A stretch of DNA of 64,000 nucleotides from Candidatus Shapirobacteria bacterium (lineage in GTDB: Bacteria; Patescibacteriota; Microgenomatia; 0-14-0-10-38-17): contig JAQVIV010000001.1 of the NCBI GenBank assembly GCA_028695445.1, positions 6,028-70,027 on the forward strand. The letters run 5' to 3'. Numbering within the stretch: the first letter of the stretch is position 1; each line of letters opens with the position of its first letter. The position numbers were made by a program, and so were the translations under genes. The notes beneath the pieces were generated by a model, which made no database searches, was not told the origin of the DNA, and saw only the letters and a program-made list of their open reading frames with translations. Of this stretch, positions 26,739 through 37,167 are shown in pieces.

Positions 26739-29666
26739 TTACTCCCACTGATCACAAACCATCTTAAAAGGACAAAAGTCGCACCAAAAACCAGGCTTGG
26801 GGGTAAAGTCACTTTGATTAATTTGTTCTATTGTTTTAACCAAGTTTTTTCTTGCTTGGGCTAGCTCCTGTCGAGTTTTTTTAACCGAAACCTTTTGACC
26901 GGTGGCTAAAAAATAAAAAGTTCCGGTTAAATTCTTAGGATCGGCTCCTAAAATGCCCCGATCGGCCGCCGCTAAAAGGTAAAGGTTCATCTGAAGGCTT
27001 TTGTTGGCTTGTTTTTGATCCAAAGGCTGACCAGTTTTATAGTCAATAATTTCCCAAGCATTTTGCCTCTTGTCAACCCGGTCAAAAACACCAGCAATTT
27101 TAATTTTTTCTGTTAAGAAAAAATTGAATTTCCTTTCTAAAAAATGAGGAAGATTATCTTGATTAAAATCTTCCTGATAAAAACGCTCTAGCATTGCTCG
27201 GCCCTCTTTAAAAAGGCGCTTTTCATGATGGAAAGAAGCGTAGCCAAAGGAAAGCCAATTAGCCTGATACAAATTCAATAAATCTTTCAGACCAGTCTTT
27301 CCCTTTGGGGCAGTTTTAAAAAATTGATGCAGGGTCTGATGAATAGTAATACCAAAGCTCTGAACTCCGCTAGGAGCAATGGGAATTTTTTGTAAATACT
27401 GATGGCGATATTGGGCCGGACAGTGCTCAAAAGCAGTGATTTGAGAAAAGGAAAAATGATCAATTGGCTGTTTGGCAACAAGAGGAGTCTCCGGCTCGAT
27501 TTTGACTGTTTTAAACTTCAACAAGGATAATTGATTGGTTTTGGGCGGCTGATGATCAACCGCCTCCCGACCCAAAGATTCATAAACAAAGGGGGAAATT
27601 CTCAAAGAGCGCTTCCCTTCGCCATAAACCCGGGAGGCGGTTAAAAAAAGCCTTTCTTTGGCCCGGGTCATACCAACATAAAAAAGCCGCCGTTCCTCTT
27701 GCTGGTGATAGTCTCCCTGAGGCAAGATTTCTCGAATTAGTTGATCTGGAATAGGAATTTGCTCCCTTCGACGATGGGTGGGAAAACGGCCAGAAACCAA
27801 ATTAACCAGAAAAACCACCCCAAACTCTAACCCCTTAGCTGAATGAACAGTCAAAATGTTAACTTTATCTTCTAGAAACCAATCGTCATTATTGGCCGCT
27901 GGCGACTCGCCCAAATCAAGAGCCAACCTTAACCAGCTAACAACCGAACGAAGACTGGCATCATCATGGTTCATCTCATAGACAGATAAACGGTCAAAAA
28001 ACTTGGCAATGTTGGCTACCCTCTTTTCCTCTCGAGGAGAATTAGCCTGAGTCAAACTTTTGAGCAAGCCGGAATCTTCCAAAAAATAAAAAAGGAGCTG
28101 ACCGGCACTTTTTTCTTTCGCTAACTCCCAATGACGATTAACCATTGTCAATAACTGGTCCAGTTTTTCTTGGGTTTCAAGAGAAAGAGAGGGCAGTCTG
28201 ACCTTATTAGCCTTGTTTTCATCCTGATCCAAAACCAGGTTAACCGCCTTAAACAAACTAACGGCGGTTTTTCGGGAAAAACTACCCAAAAGAGCCAAAT
28301 CTCGGCCAGACAAATTAATCGGCTGATGAGCCAGCAGGCGATAAAAAGAGGCATCATCCCCCGGATCAGCTAAAAAAAATAGATAAGCGATCAAATTTTT
28401 AATTTCTTCCTGGCGAAAAAGCTGGCCCGGTCCCAAAAACTGATAGGGAATCCCCATCCAGGAAAGAGCTTTCATAAAAGGACCGGCATGGTTATTGGCC
28501 CGAACCAAAATGGCAAAATCTGACCAGGCAAGCTTTGGCCTTTTTTCCTTTAAGGACTCAATAATTTTAGCCACTTCTTCTGCCTCAGAATTAACTTGAG
28601 CAGTATAAACAAATTCGACTCCCTCCCCTGAACCGGTAAGACTTTGCAGATTTTTATCAATGCCAAGCCTTGCTTCTAGAGTATCGGGGTTATTGTGCTG
28701 AATCAGTCGATAGGCGGCGTCTAAAATCTTTTGACCTGACCGATAATTTTTAGTTAAAACTATTGACTTGGCCTGTTTATAGTCGGCCATAAACTGCAAA
28801 ACATTAGACACCGCCGCACCTCGAAACCGATAAATCGACTGAGAGTCATCAGCCACCACCGAAAGGCCGGAGTTTTTATCGGGCGGAACCAAAAGTTTAA
28901 TTAGATGGTATTGGGCGATGTTGGTATCCTGAAACTCGTCAACCAAAAAAAATTTAAACTTATTTTGATAACCGGCCAAAACATTGGGCCGCCGACGAAA
29001 TAGTTTTAATGTTTGGGTAATTAAATCACCAAAATCCATTAAGCTTTCTTTTTGCTTTAAAGATTCATAATCCCAATAAGCCTGAGCCAACTCCAGGTGT
29101 TTTTTACTTTCTATTTTCACTTCTTTTTCTTTTAATTTTAAATTTTTAGCTTCGAATTGTTTGGCCCAAGCAAAATATTGCTTGGGGGTAATATCCTCAT
29201 CTTGCAGCCGAGAAAAATGATTTAAAAGACCAGTGATGAATCGATTGGGGTTGCCAAGGGGACGAAAGTAATCTAGATTCAAGTCGAATAGGTGATCGGT
29301 TAAAAATTGGACAGTTTCCGATTGACTCATCAAAACAAAGCCCGGGTCTAAACCTATAGCGGCCGCCTCATCTTTTAAGATGCGATCACAAAAGGCATGA
29401 AAAGTCATAATCCAGGCATCGGTATAACCATAGGGAAGGGCAATATCAACTCGCTCTTCCATCTCAAGAGCAGCCTTTTCAGTGAAAGTAAGAGCTAAAA
29501 TTTCTTCGGGAGAAGCTTGCTTTTTAGCAATTAAATATTTAATTTTTTCAGTAATAACAGTGGTTTTTCCTGTTCCGGCCCCCGCCACGATCAGCAAGGG
29601 CGAAGACAAATGTTCAACTGCTTGTTTTTGAGCCGAATTTAATTTCTTCGCTTCTTTTAACATCAC
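26739..29666 (-). CDS. UvrD-like helicase fused to a C-terminal PD-(D/E)XK nuclease with Fe-S cysteines (AdnB/AddA-like)
   Basis: AGAGTGKT, VDEFQDTN, EERRLFYVGMTRA, SFSQI..F..CP, DRVD, IDYKTG, CDFCPFKMVC. Confidence 0.9.
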   Translation of the reverse strand: MMLKEAKKLNSAQKQAVEHLSSPLLIVAGAGTGKTTVITEKIKYLIAKKQASPEEILALTFTEKAALEMEERVDIALPYGYTDAWIMTFHAFCDRILKDEAAAIGLDPGFVLMSQSETVQFLTDHLFDLNLDYFRPLGNPNRFITGLLNHFSRLQDEDITPKQYFAWAKQFEAKNLKLKEKEVKIESKKHLELAQAYWDYESLKQKESLMDFGDLITQTLKLFRRRPNVLAGYQNKFKFFLVDEFQDTNIAQYHLIKLLVPPDKNSGLSVVADDSQSIYRFRGAAVSNVLQFMADYKQAKSIVLTKNYRSGQKILDAAYRLIQHNNPDTLEARLGIDKNLQSLTGSGEGVEFVYTAQVNSEAEEVAKIIESLKEKRPKLAWSDFAILVRANNHAGPFMKALSWMGIPYQFLGPGQLFRQEEIKNLIAYLFFLADPGDDASFYRLLAHQPINLSGRDLALLGSFSRKTAVSLFKAVNLVLDQDENKANKVRLPSLSLETQEKLDQLLTMVNRHWELAKEKSAGQLLFYFLEDSGLLKSLTQANSPREEKRVANIAKFFDRLSVYEMNHDDASLRSVVSWLRLALDLGESPAANNDDWFLEDKVNILTVHSAKGLEFGVVFLVNLVSGRFPTHRRREQIPIPDQLIREILPQGDYHQQEERRLFYVGMTRAKERLFLTASRVYGEGKRSLRISPFVYESLGREAVDHQPPKTNQLSLLKFKTVKIEPETPLVAKQPIDHFSFSQITAFEHCPAQYRHQYLQKIPIAPSGVQSFGITIHQTLHQFFKTAPKGKTGLKDLLNLYQANWLSFGYASFHHEKRLFKEGRAMLERFYQEDFNQDNLPHFLERKFNFFLTEKIKIAGVFDRVDKRQNAWEIIDYKTGQPLDQKQANKSLQMNLYLLAAADRGILGADPKNLTGTFYFLATGQKVSVKKTRQELAQARKNLVKTIEQINQSDFTPKPGFWCDFCPFKMVCDQWE

Positions 29667-29818
29667 AGTCTAAATTATAACAAGAAGGCCAAACAAATTT
29701 GTAATCCAAAAAAAGACAGTCTTAAACCGGCGCTTCTCTTCTTTTGTTTTCTTGGAATAAATACGGTAAAGTATTTATTGCCCAAAACATCTGGACAAAG
29801 TAAGCTTTTATTCTTTTT

Positions 29819-29846
29819 TTAAAAAATACGATATCGTATTTTTTAA
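29819..29846. repeat. Perfect 28-bp palindrome
   Basis: TTAAAAAATACGAT|ATCGTATTTTTTAA. Confidence 0.85.
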
Positions 29847-29881
29847 GACAAAAAACAAGGAAATCGAAAAAAGAGATTAAA

Positions 29882-30646
29882 TTAAAGAAGAAAAAAGGCG
29901 GCCAATCCTAAAATAAGGCAATAAAAAGACAAATACCACATTTTATTGCTCAACAATAAGCGGTGAAGAGTTTTTAGAGCCACCAAGCCAGACAAAAAGG
30001 CAACTAATACCACCACTAAAGCCTCTCTAATTTGTCCATTATTAAAACGAACAATTTGGGGTGCTTCATAAATTACTGCCCCACCAATGGAGATTAACCC
30101 CAAGAAAAAAGAAAACTTAAAGGCCCCCTCCCTGCTTTCACCCAAGATTCGACCTGAGGCGATGGTGGTGGCTGAACGGGAAATTCCCGGAACAATCGCC
30201 AGAGCCTGACAAACACCGATCAAAAAAAACCGGCCTCGGTCAACCGGAAAACGCCAAAATCTTCCTAAAACAAGCAATAGGGCGGTACACCAAAAACCAA
30301 TCGCCAAAAACTTGGAATTAGCAAAAAACAAAGGCAACCGATGGCCCAAAAATAGCCCCACCACCATTATCGGCAAATTGGCCAAAATCAACCTAACTAA
30401 CAACCATCGCTGTTCTTTAGCAATCTTCTTGCTGGCTTTTCCCAATACCCCTCGAGCCAAAAAGAACAAATCGTGTCGAAAAAACCAAATAATTGCCATC
30501 AGGGTACCCAAATGAGCCAAAACATCAAGAGTTAAAACAGGATGATCCCCTAATAGCAGATGAAAAATAGCCAAATGGCCCGATGAAGAAATCGGTAAAA
30601 ATTCAGTAATTCCTTGAATAAAACCTAGTAGAATTATTTCCAACAT
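29882..30646 (-). CDS. uppP: Undecaprenyl-diphosphate phosphatase
   Basis: QGITEFLPISSSGHL, PGISRS motifs. Confidence 0.95.
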   Translation of the reverse strand: MLEIILLGFIQGITEFLPISSSGHLAIFHLLLGDHPVLTLDVLAHLGTLMAIIWFFRHDLFFLARGVLGKASKKIAKEQRWLLVRLILANLPIMVVGLFLGHRLPLFFANSKFLAIGFWCTALLLVLGRFWRFPVDRGRFFLIGVCQALAIVPGISRSATTIASGRILGESREGAFKFSFFLGLISIGGAVIYEAPQIVRFNNGQIREALVVVLVAFLSGLVALKTLHRLLLSNKMWYLSFYCLILGLAAFFLL

Positions 30647-30698
30647 TTGTTTTTAAAACAAAAATCATTTTGAAGCTAAAGAAAGCTTGTCCTAATTG

Positions 30699-31748
30699 TC
30701 ATTTTCCCTCCCCAAGAGCCTTACCATCAGAAGCCTCAATGCCAGACTCTAGTTGTTTAGCGCCAACTATTTTTTGGCCCAGCAAATTAAAACTGGCATT
30801 AACATTGTTCATCTGATTGTGAGCATTGGTTAAATGACGCGATAGGGTAGACAAATTATCAGCAATTTTCTCATAGTCTTTGCCAATTGCCCCAAGAGCG
30901 GCCAGAATTTGTTTAGCCCGCTCCTCAACTTTTTGCCCCTCAAAACTAGCCAAAATCGCCTTCATATAGGCATAAAAAGTGGTTGGTGACACTGGTAAAA
31001 CCTTGTTTTTACCAGCATAATCAAAAAGATCAGGATCATTGACAATCTCATAATAAACTGCTTCCGAGGGAATGTACATTAAAGCGTAATCGATTGTCCC
31101 CTCATCGGGAAGAATGTATTTTGCGGCAATAGTTCGAATGTGCTTCCGAACATCGTTAATAAAAATCTTTCGGACCGAATCCCTGTCCTTGTCTGTCTCG
31201 GCGGCTATCATTTTTCGAAAATTTTCCATAGGAAATTTTGAATCAATCGGCACTAAACCAGCCTCGGTTTGAATTGCCGCATCAACCGTCTCTCCGGATT
31301 TAAATGAATACTGCAAATTAAAAGTTTTTTTTGGCAGCATTTGACCTAATAATTCTTTCAAAATCATTTCTCCAATATTACCTCTTAATTTTGGAGAGCG
31401 TAAAAATTCTTGGATATCCTTCATGCCTCGACCAATTTCCGCCATCTGGCCAACCTCTTTCTTAACACCAGCAATAAATTCGGCCGCTTTATCTAGACGC
31501 TCATTCATGCTTTGCGTACTTTTTTGTAACGAATCAGCAACTGTTTTGTTAGATTCCCTCATGGCCTGATTTAGGCTTTCATTGGTTTTATCCAAAGACT
31601 GCTGCATAGACTTGAGCCATTCCGTCAAGGAATCGTCTTGTTTGCCGACAGACTCTAACCGATTTAGTTTTTGGACTAAAAAGTAACCTAAAACCGCCAT
31701 GACTAAAAATAAACTGCCAATCAAAAAATACAACATCATAAGAGTCAT
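30699..31748 (-). CDS. rmuC: DNA recombination protein RmuC
   Basis: TM plus coiled coil, RGNIGE, IDSKFP, KYI, MYIPSE, VSPTT. Confidence 0.9.
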   Translation of the reverse strand: MTLMMLYFLIGSLFLVMAVLGYFLVQKLNRLESVGKQDDSLTEWLKSMQQSLDKTNESLNQAMRESNKTVADSLQKSTQSMNERLDKAAEFIAGVKKEVGQMAEIGRGMKDIQEFLRSPKLRGNIGEMILKELLGQMLPKKTFNLQYSFKSGETVDAAIQTEAGLVPIDSKFPMENFRKMIAAETDKDRDSVRKIFINDVRKHIRTIAAKYILPDEGTIDYALMYIPSEAVYYEIVNDPDLFDYAGKNKVLPVSPTTFYAYMKAILASFEGQKVEERAKQILAALGAIGKDYEKIADNLSTLSRHLTNAHNQMNNVNASFNLLGQKIVGAKQLESGIEASDGKALGEGK

Positions 31749-31806
31749 TATAAGACAAAACCCTCTGGTCCGCCAACAATTTTTACCAAATGATAAACTA
31801 TGAATA

Positions 31807-32178
31807 ATGACCAGGAGGTTAATTCGGATTCATCACCGGCCCCAAAAACTAAAACCAACCAGACAGGGACAAAAATCACCCATTAACCACTCCCTGTTAT
31901 TGCTAATTTTAGCCTGGATAACAGCAATCGGCTTTTTCTTAACGGTACCGCCGCAATTTTGGTGGCAAATAACCATCGGCCTATCTTTGGCTTTTGTCTG
32001 TTTTTTTTTAACTGCCAACATCACCAGCCACAAAACAACTCTTTCTTTGATTGCCGCTGGCCTGCTTACCATTTTACCAATCTTAAAAATAATCCGCTTT
32101 CTTACTTGGCCCATCGGTTTTTTGATTGGTTTTTTAATAATTCTTCTTGGCGCCTACTTTCTCCTAGAAAAAAAATAA
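31807..32178 (+). CDS. Small four-TM hypothetical membrane protein
   Basis: Basic N-terminus plus hydrophobic segments; fills the gap before trxB. Confidence 0.6.
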   Translation: MTRRLIRIHHRPQKLKPTRQGQKSPINHSLLLLILAWITAIGFFLTVPPQFWWQITIGLSLAFVCFFLTANITSHKTTLSLIAAGLLTILPILKIIRFLTWPIGFLIGFLIILLGAYFLLEKK

Positions 32179-32209
32179 CCCCTCGAAACAATCGTGTTAT
32201 TATAGTTTT

Positions 32210-33151
32210 ATGGAAAAGTACGATCTGATTATTATTGGTGCCGGCCCAGCTGGTTTGGCCGCCTCCATCTATGCCAGCCGTTACAATATCAACCATTTAG
32301 TCTTGGGGCAAAATTTAGGTGGTACTATTGCCTGGGCCCATAAGGTAGAAAACTATCCTGGTTTCCCCTCAATTTCCGGCTTCGAATTAGCTCAAAATTT
32401 CCTAAACCATGCCCAATCTCTGGGAGGAAAAATTGAAAACCAAGAGGTGGTTAACCTGGAGAAGATTAACGGTTTTCTAATCTTAACAGCCGGAAACCAA
32501 AAAAAATATCAGGCCAAAACATTGATTATTGCCACTGGCACTAAAAGAAGAAAGTTAAACGTTCCTGGCGAAAAAGATTATTTAGGCAAGGGTGTTTCGT
32601 ATTGCGCTACTTGCGACGCCGCCTTTTACAAAAATAAAGATGTTGTCGTTGTCGGCGGGGCTAACTCGGCCTGTTCCGGAGCTCTTCATTTGGCTCGTTT
32701 TGCTAATCGGGTTTATTTAATTTATCGAAAGGGCGACCTCAGGGCCGATCCTGCCTGGGTAACCGAAGCTAAACAAACCAAAAACATCACTATTATTTAT
32801 AATACTAATGTCACCGCCATTGAAGGTGATGGCCAAAAAGTAACCCTGGTCAAACTCGATCGGCCCTACCGGAAAAAAAACAATCTTAAAGCAGCCGGGG
32901 TTTTCGTTGAGATTGGCGGAGCTCCCATTATCGATCTGGCTAAAAAATTGGGCCTTAAAACTGACCGAGATGGTTTTGTTATCACCGACAACTTAATGGC
33001 CACCAATGTTTCGGGAGTGTTTTGTGCCGGCGATGTTAACGCCTGGCAAAAACAATGCCAACAGGCCATTATCGCCACCGCCGAAGGGGCCATTGCCACC
33101 CTGGGCGTTTATCAATACCTTGGCAAGGTTCCTCGTAAACCAGCTCCTTGA
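32210..33151 (+). CDS. trxB: Thioredoxin reductase
   Basis: GAGPAG, VSYCATCD, VGGANSA, AGD. Confidence 0.92.
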   Translation: MEKYDLIIIGAGPAGLAASIYASRYNINHLVLGQNLGGTIAWAHKVENYPGFPSISGFELAQNFLNHAQSLGGKIENQEVVNLEKINGFLILTAGNQKKYQAKTLIIATGTKRRKLNVPGEKDYLGKGVSYCATCDAAFYKNKDVVVVGGANSACSGALHLARFANRVYLIYRKGDLRADPAWVTEAKQTKNITIIYNTNVTAIEGDGQKVTLVKLDRPYRKKNNLKAAGVFVEIGGAPIIDLAKKLGLKTDRDGFVITDNLMATNVSGVFCAGDVNAWQKQCQQAIIATAEGAIATLGVYQYLGKVPRKPAP

Positions 33152-33176
33152 CAAAACCAAAATTTTTTCTTATCCT
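33148..33176 (+). promoter_or_regulatory. Sigma70 promoter for the leader/amidinotransferase unit
   Basis: TTGACA-17 nt-TATCCT. Confidence 0.6.
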
Positions 33177-33191
33177 TCTTGTCAGGAGCAA

Positions 33192-33230
33192 ATGAAAACA
33201 ACTAAGTTTATTACCATTATTATTTCCTGA
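33192..33230 (+). CDS. Putative Thr/Ile-rich attenuator leader peptide MKTTKFITIIIS
   Basis: SD AGGAG just upstream of the ATG; 7 of 12 codons Thr/Ile; terminator follows at once. Confidence 0.6.
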   Translation: MKTTKFITIIIS

Positions 33231-33231
33231 T

Positions 33232-33257
33232 AAAGAGCCGAAAGGCTCTTTTTTTTT
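33232..33257 (+). terminator. Intrinsic terminator/attenuator
   Basis: AAAGAGCC-GAAA-GGCTCTTT plus T-run, 9 nt before the next ATG. Confidence 0.8.
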
Positions 33258-33266
33258 GCTTAAAAC

Positions 33267-34070
33267 ATGACTAAAATCATCAAAAGAGTCTTGCTTTGTC
33301 CGCCAGACTATTTCCAAATCCGCTATCAAATTAATCCTTGGATGAAAAATGGTCAAGTCAATAAGACCCGAGCCAAAAACCAGTGGCTAAATTTAGTCAA
33401 TCTTTGCCAAAAACTTTCTATCCGAACAGAAACCATTACCCCCCAAGCAAGTTTACCAGACATGGTTTTTGCCGCTGATCAGGGCTTGATTAAAGACAAC
33501 TCAGTAATTTTGGCCCGTTTTCACCACCAACAACGCCGGCCAGAAACAAAAATATATCAAGACTGGTTTAGAAAACAAGGGTTCCAGCTCCTAAGACTGC
33601 CTGCCAGTCTTTGCTTTGAAGGAGGAGATGCTCTCATAGTTAACAACAATATTTTTATCGGCCATGGTTTTCGTACCAGCCCTCAAAGCCCAAGAGCGAT
33701 AGAAAAATTAGCAAAATCACCCGTTATTGACCTTGGGCTAATTAATCCCCACTTTTACCACCTGGACACCTGTCTTTTCATTCTCAATCCTAAAACCGCT
33801 TTTTATTATCCACCGGCTTTTGATCAAACCTCCAGTGACAAGTTGGCTAAGTTCTTTTCTAAACTTATTCCCCTAACCAAAAAAGAAGCTTTTTCTTTGA
33901 CCGCCAACAGCCTCAACACCGATCACCAAGTCATTATCCAAAGAGGAGCGCCGATATTTGCCCAAAAACTAGCGCAACTTGGCTATCGGGTCCACCAGGT
34001 TAATGTTAGTGAATTTTTCCGATCTGGTGGCGGAATTCACTGCTTAACCTTAACTACTCAAACTAATTAA
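33267..34070 (+). CDS. Amidinotransferase / DDAH-arginine deiminase superfamily enzyme
   Basis: Y.INPWM, PDMVF, FEGGD, YHLDT, GGGIHCLT. Confidence 0.88.
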   Translation: MTKIIKRVLLCPPDYFQIRYQINPWMKNGQVNKTRAKNQWLNLVNLCQKLSIRTETITPQASLPDMVFAADQGLIKDNSVILARFHHQQRRPETKIYQDWFRKQGFQLLRLPASLCFEGGDALIVNNNIFIGHGFRTSPQSPRAIEKLAKSPVIDLGLINPHFYHLDTCLFILNPKTAFYYPPAFDQTSSDKLAKFFSKLIPLTKKEAFSLTANSLNTDHQVIIQRGAPIFAQKLAQLGYRVHQVNVSEFFRSGGGIHCLTLTTQTN

Positions 34071-34149
34071 CCCAAATCCTATCGCTTCAGCGCTTACCCT
34101 CAAGGTCCCGGTAATTGAGAGTAAAATTATCCCAAAATCTGAGGTAATC

Positions 34150-34214
34150 TTGACATTATAGGCCTTCCGGGCTATAATAACTCTTAATCTACACTAGTAA
34201 AGTGTAGATTTTTT
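34150..34214 (+). promoter_or_regulatory. Consensus sigma70 promoter plus 5' hairpin/T-tract
   Basis: TTGACA-17-TATAAT (34150-34178); AATCTACACT-agtaa-AGTGTAGATT (34186-34210). Confidence 0.75.
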
Positions 34215-34215
34215 A

Positions 34216-34911
34216 ATGCCCGGGCCAATAACCCGTTTTATGATAAGTTTCAAAAACTTACTTGTTAAAGGCAAATTTTATTCTTCTCAACTCTCCCAGC
34301 ATAAGCTCATTGCGGGCTTTTTGCGGCTTAAAAACATCCGCAAAGGAAGTCGATTAAGTCGTATGGGACGGATTATTGCCCAAAAATTTCAGGCTAGTTT
34401 CTTGGCCGGAATGTTAATTGCCGGTCTTTCTTTGGGTGGCTTAAACAACCTGCCGATTCTCAATAATCGACCAGTAGAGGCCGCCTATAATCAAGTTGTC
34501 ATAGAAGAGCCGGTTAATATCACCGCCCACACTGAGACCACTACTCAACTGCCTTTGGCGGCGGATTCTTTTTCTCTAACTCAAAGGTTTCATCTTTTCC
34601 ACCCGGCTATTGATTTGGCTGCCCCAATCGGGACACCAGTAAAACCAATTGCGGCCGGAAAGGTGGTTCTTACCAACCACAACAGCTTTGGTTTGGGCAA
34701 TTATCTTGTTGTTAAACATGGGGCTGAATTTTACTCGGTTTATGCCCACTTAAACGAAATTCTAGTGAAGAAAGACCAGGAAATTACTAAAGAAGTCGTT
34801 ATCGGTACCGTTGGTAACACCGGTTTTTCCACTGGACCCCATTTACACCTAGAGGTAATTGTTGACAATCAAAAAATTAACCCTCTAACCATTTTGCCCG
34901 AAATCCACTAA
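34216..34911 (+). CDS. M23 family peptidase
   Basis: HPAID, YAHL, G.VGNTGFSTGPHLHLE. Confidence 0.92.
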   Translation: MPGPITRFMISFKNLLVKGKFYSSQLSQHKLIAGFLRLKNIRKGSRLSRMGRIIAQKFQASFLAGMLIAGLSLGGLNNLPILNNRPVEAAYNQVVIEEPVNITAHTETTTQLPLAADSFSLTQRFHLFHPAIDLAAPIGTPVKPIAAGKVVLTNHNSFGLGNYLVVKHGAEFYSVYAHLNEILVKKDQEITKEVVIGTVGNTGFSTGPHLHLEVIVDNQKINPLTILPEIH

Positions 34912-34912
34912 C

Positions 34913-34995
34913 CTCCTGGCTCCTGGCTCCTGGATAGATCCAGGATCCATCCAAAAATAGCTACACCTAAACTACTGATAGATCCTGGATCTATC
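34913..34995. repeat. CTCCTGG x3 plus two GATAGATCCNGGATCTATC palindromes
   Basis: Perfect heptamer triplet 34913-34933; palindromes 34933-34951 and 34977-34995. Confidence 0.8.
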
Positions 34996-35099
34996 TGGGC
35001 CTAATCAATTAAAAAATAGCAAAACGGGGGGCTTACTTGGAATAAAAAGAAGGGGAGATTAACTACTAACGATCAACACCAAAAGACCAACAATTAATT

Positions 35100-36755
35100 T
35101 TACATTCCCATTCCGGACATATCACCCATACCGCCAGCACCAGGAGTGGCTTTTTCCTTTTCTTCCGGCTTGTCAACAATCATGGCTTCAGTAGTTAAGG
35201 CCATGATTCCCACTGAAACGGCATTTTGCAAGGCCAGGCGAGTAACTTTGAGAGGATCAATAATCCCGGCCCTAACCATATTAACAAACTCGCCGGTTAA
35301 AGCATTAAAACCATAATCGCCTTTCAGGCTCTTATCTTTAATCAATTCTTCTTCGGTTTTGGCCACCACGTAGCCGGCATCAGCTCCGGCGTTCTTGGCT
35401 AACCATCGGGCTGGTTGTTCCAGAGCCGAATAAAGAATTTTTACTCCCACTGCCTCTTCTTCATTGTCGGTTTTTAAATTATTTAAAACCTGCCGGGCAA
35501 AAATTAACGAAGAACCACCGCCCGGAATAACCCCTTCTTCAACTGCCGCCTTAGTCGCTTCCACCGCATCCTTAACTCGCTCTTTTTTCTCTGACAATTC
35601 AATCTCAGTGGCGGCGCCAACGTTAATCTGGGCTACTCCCCCGGCTAATTTTGCCAATCGCTCCTGCAATTTTTCTTTGTCAAAATCAGAGTCTGACTCT
35701 TCGATAGCTTGACGAATTTGGTTTACTCGTTTGGCAATATCAGCTTCTTTGCCTTGACCACCAATAATACGAGTATTTTCCTTATCGGCCCAAACCTTAT
35801 CGGCTCGGCCACAATCTTCAATATTAATTGAGTCTAGTTTGCGACCAGTTTCCTCAGAGATTACCGTCCCACCGGTTAAAATGGCAATATCAGATAACAT
35901 TTCTTTTTTTCGATCGCCAAAACCAGGCGCTTTAACAGCCAAGATATTAAAAGTACCGCGCAGTTTATTAACCACCAGCGTCGCCAGAGCTTCACCATCT
36001 AAATCATCGGCAATAATAACAATATTCTTAGAAGTCTGGATAATTCGCTCCAGCGAAGGCAAAATGTCAGCAATGGCCGAAATTTTTTGGTCGGTAATAA
36101 TAATGTAGGGCTCATCAATCTCGGCCTCCATCGCTTCTGAATCGGTGACAAAGTAAGGAGAAACGTAGCCCTCATCAAATTCCATGCCCTCTTTATACTC
36201 AATTTCCAGCTCTAAACCCTTCGATTCTTCCACGGTAACAATACCATCCGAACCAACCTTGTTTAACGCTTCAGCAATTTTTTGACCAATATCAGGATCG
36301 CCAGCGGAAATGGTAGCAATTTTTTCAATATCGGAGTTGTCTTTAATCTCTTTTTTAATCTTACCCAATTCTGCCACTACTGCAACCAAGCCCTTCTCCA
36401 GGCCCCGACGCAAAATCATCGGGTTAGTGCCGGCGGTAATATTTTTCATGCCTTCGGCGATAATGGAGTAAGCCAAAAGAGTAGCCGTAGTCGTACCATC
36501 ACCGGCATTATCATTAGTTTTTGAAGCCGCCTCTTTCACTAATTGAGCGCCCATGTTTTCAAACTTATCCTCTAACTCAACCTCCTTGGCAACTGTTACC
36601 CCATCGTGAACCACCTGTGGTGAACCCCAAGATTTTTCGATAGCGACATTGCGACCTCGAGGACCCAAGGTAGTCACCACCGCCTTTGAAAGAAGCTCGG
36701 CCCCTTTCAAAATTTTATTCCTGGCGTCTGATCCAAAAATAATTTGTTTGGCCAT
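35100..36755 (-). CDS. groL: Chaperonin GroEL
   Basis: [21 protein letters not shown]-type tail. Confidence 0.99.
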   Translation of the reverse strand: MAKQIIFGSDARNKILKGAELLSKAVVTTLGPRGRNVAIEKSWGSPQVVHDGVTVAKEVELEDKFENMGAQLVKEAASKTNDNAGDGTTTATLLAYSIIAEGMKNITAGTNPMILRRGLEKGLVAVVAELGKIKKEIKDNSDIEKIATISAGDPDIGQKIAEALNKVGSDGIVTVEESKGLELEIEYKEGMEFDEGYVSPYFVTDSEAMEAEIDEPYIIITDQKISAIADILPSLERIIQTSKNIVIIADDLDGEALATLVVNKLRGTFNILAVKAPGFGDRKKEMLSDIAILTGGTVISEETGRKLDSINIEDCGRADKVWADKENTRIIGGQGKEADIAKRVNQIRQAIEESDSDFDKEKLQERLAKLAGGVAQINVGAATEIELSEKKERVKDAVEATKAAVEEGVIPGGGSSLIFARQVLNNLKTDNEEEAVGVKILYSALEQPARWLAKNAGADAGYVVAKTEEELIKDKSLKGDYGFNALTGEFVNMVRAGIIDPLKVTRLALQNAVSVGIMALTTEAMIVDKPEEKEKATPGAGGMGDMSGMGM

Positions 36756-36791
36756 AATTTAATTAATTAAAAATTAAAGTAATAACAATTC

Positions 36792-37097
36792 TTATTTACC
36801 AACAACGGCAAGAATATCTTCAAACTTAATAAATAGATACTCTTCGTCGCCTTCCTTATACTCATTGCCGCCCCATTCTTTGTAAACGATTACATCACCC
36901 TTTTTGCAAGGAGCGCTAATTTTAACCCCTGATTCGCTAACTTGATCTGCCCCCACCGCCAAAACTTCGCCTTTTTGTGGTTTTTCCTCGTGAGAATCAG
37001 GCAAAACAATCCCCGAAGCGGTTTTTTTCTCACTTTCTTTTGGGAAAACTAAAACGTAACCAGGAGTGGGTTGCAGTTTAACAATTTTTGTTGTCAT
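36792..37097 (-). CDS. groS: Co-chaperonin GroES
   Basis: KTASGIVLPD, GEVLAVG, EDILAV; upstream of groL. Confidence 0.97.
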   Translation of the reverse strand: MTTKIVKLQPTPGYVLVFPKESEKKTASGIVLPDSHEEKPQKGEVLAVGADQVSESGVKISAPCKKGDVIVYKEWGGNEYKEGDEEYLFIKFEDILAVVGK

Positions 37098-37167
37098 AAT
37101 AATTGATTCGCTCTTTTCTTTCTAACTCCAAAAAAAATTATCACTTTTAAGAATGATAATTAATCAT

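Noticed and set aside
33177-33266. Guanidine riboswitch upstream of the amidinotransferase
   Set aside because: No ACGR twin hairpins or ykkC-type consensus visible
34186-34210. Resemblance of TCTACAC...GTGTAGAT to a Cas12a repeat
   Set aside because: Single copy, no spacers, no cas genes; better explained as a promoter-proximal hairpin
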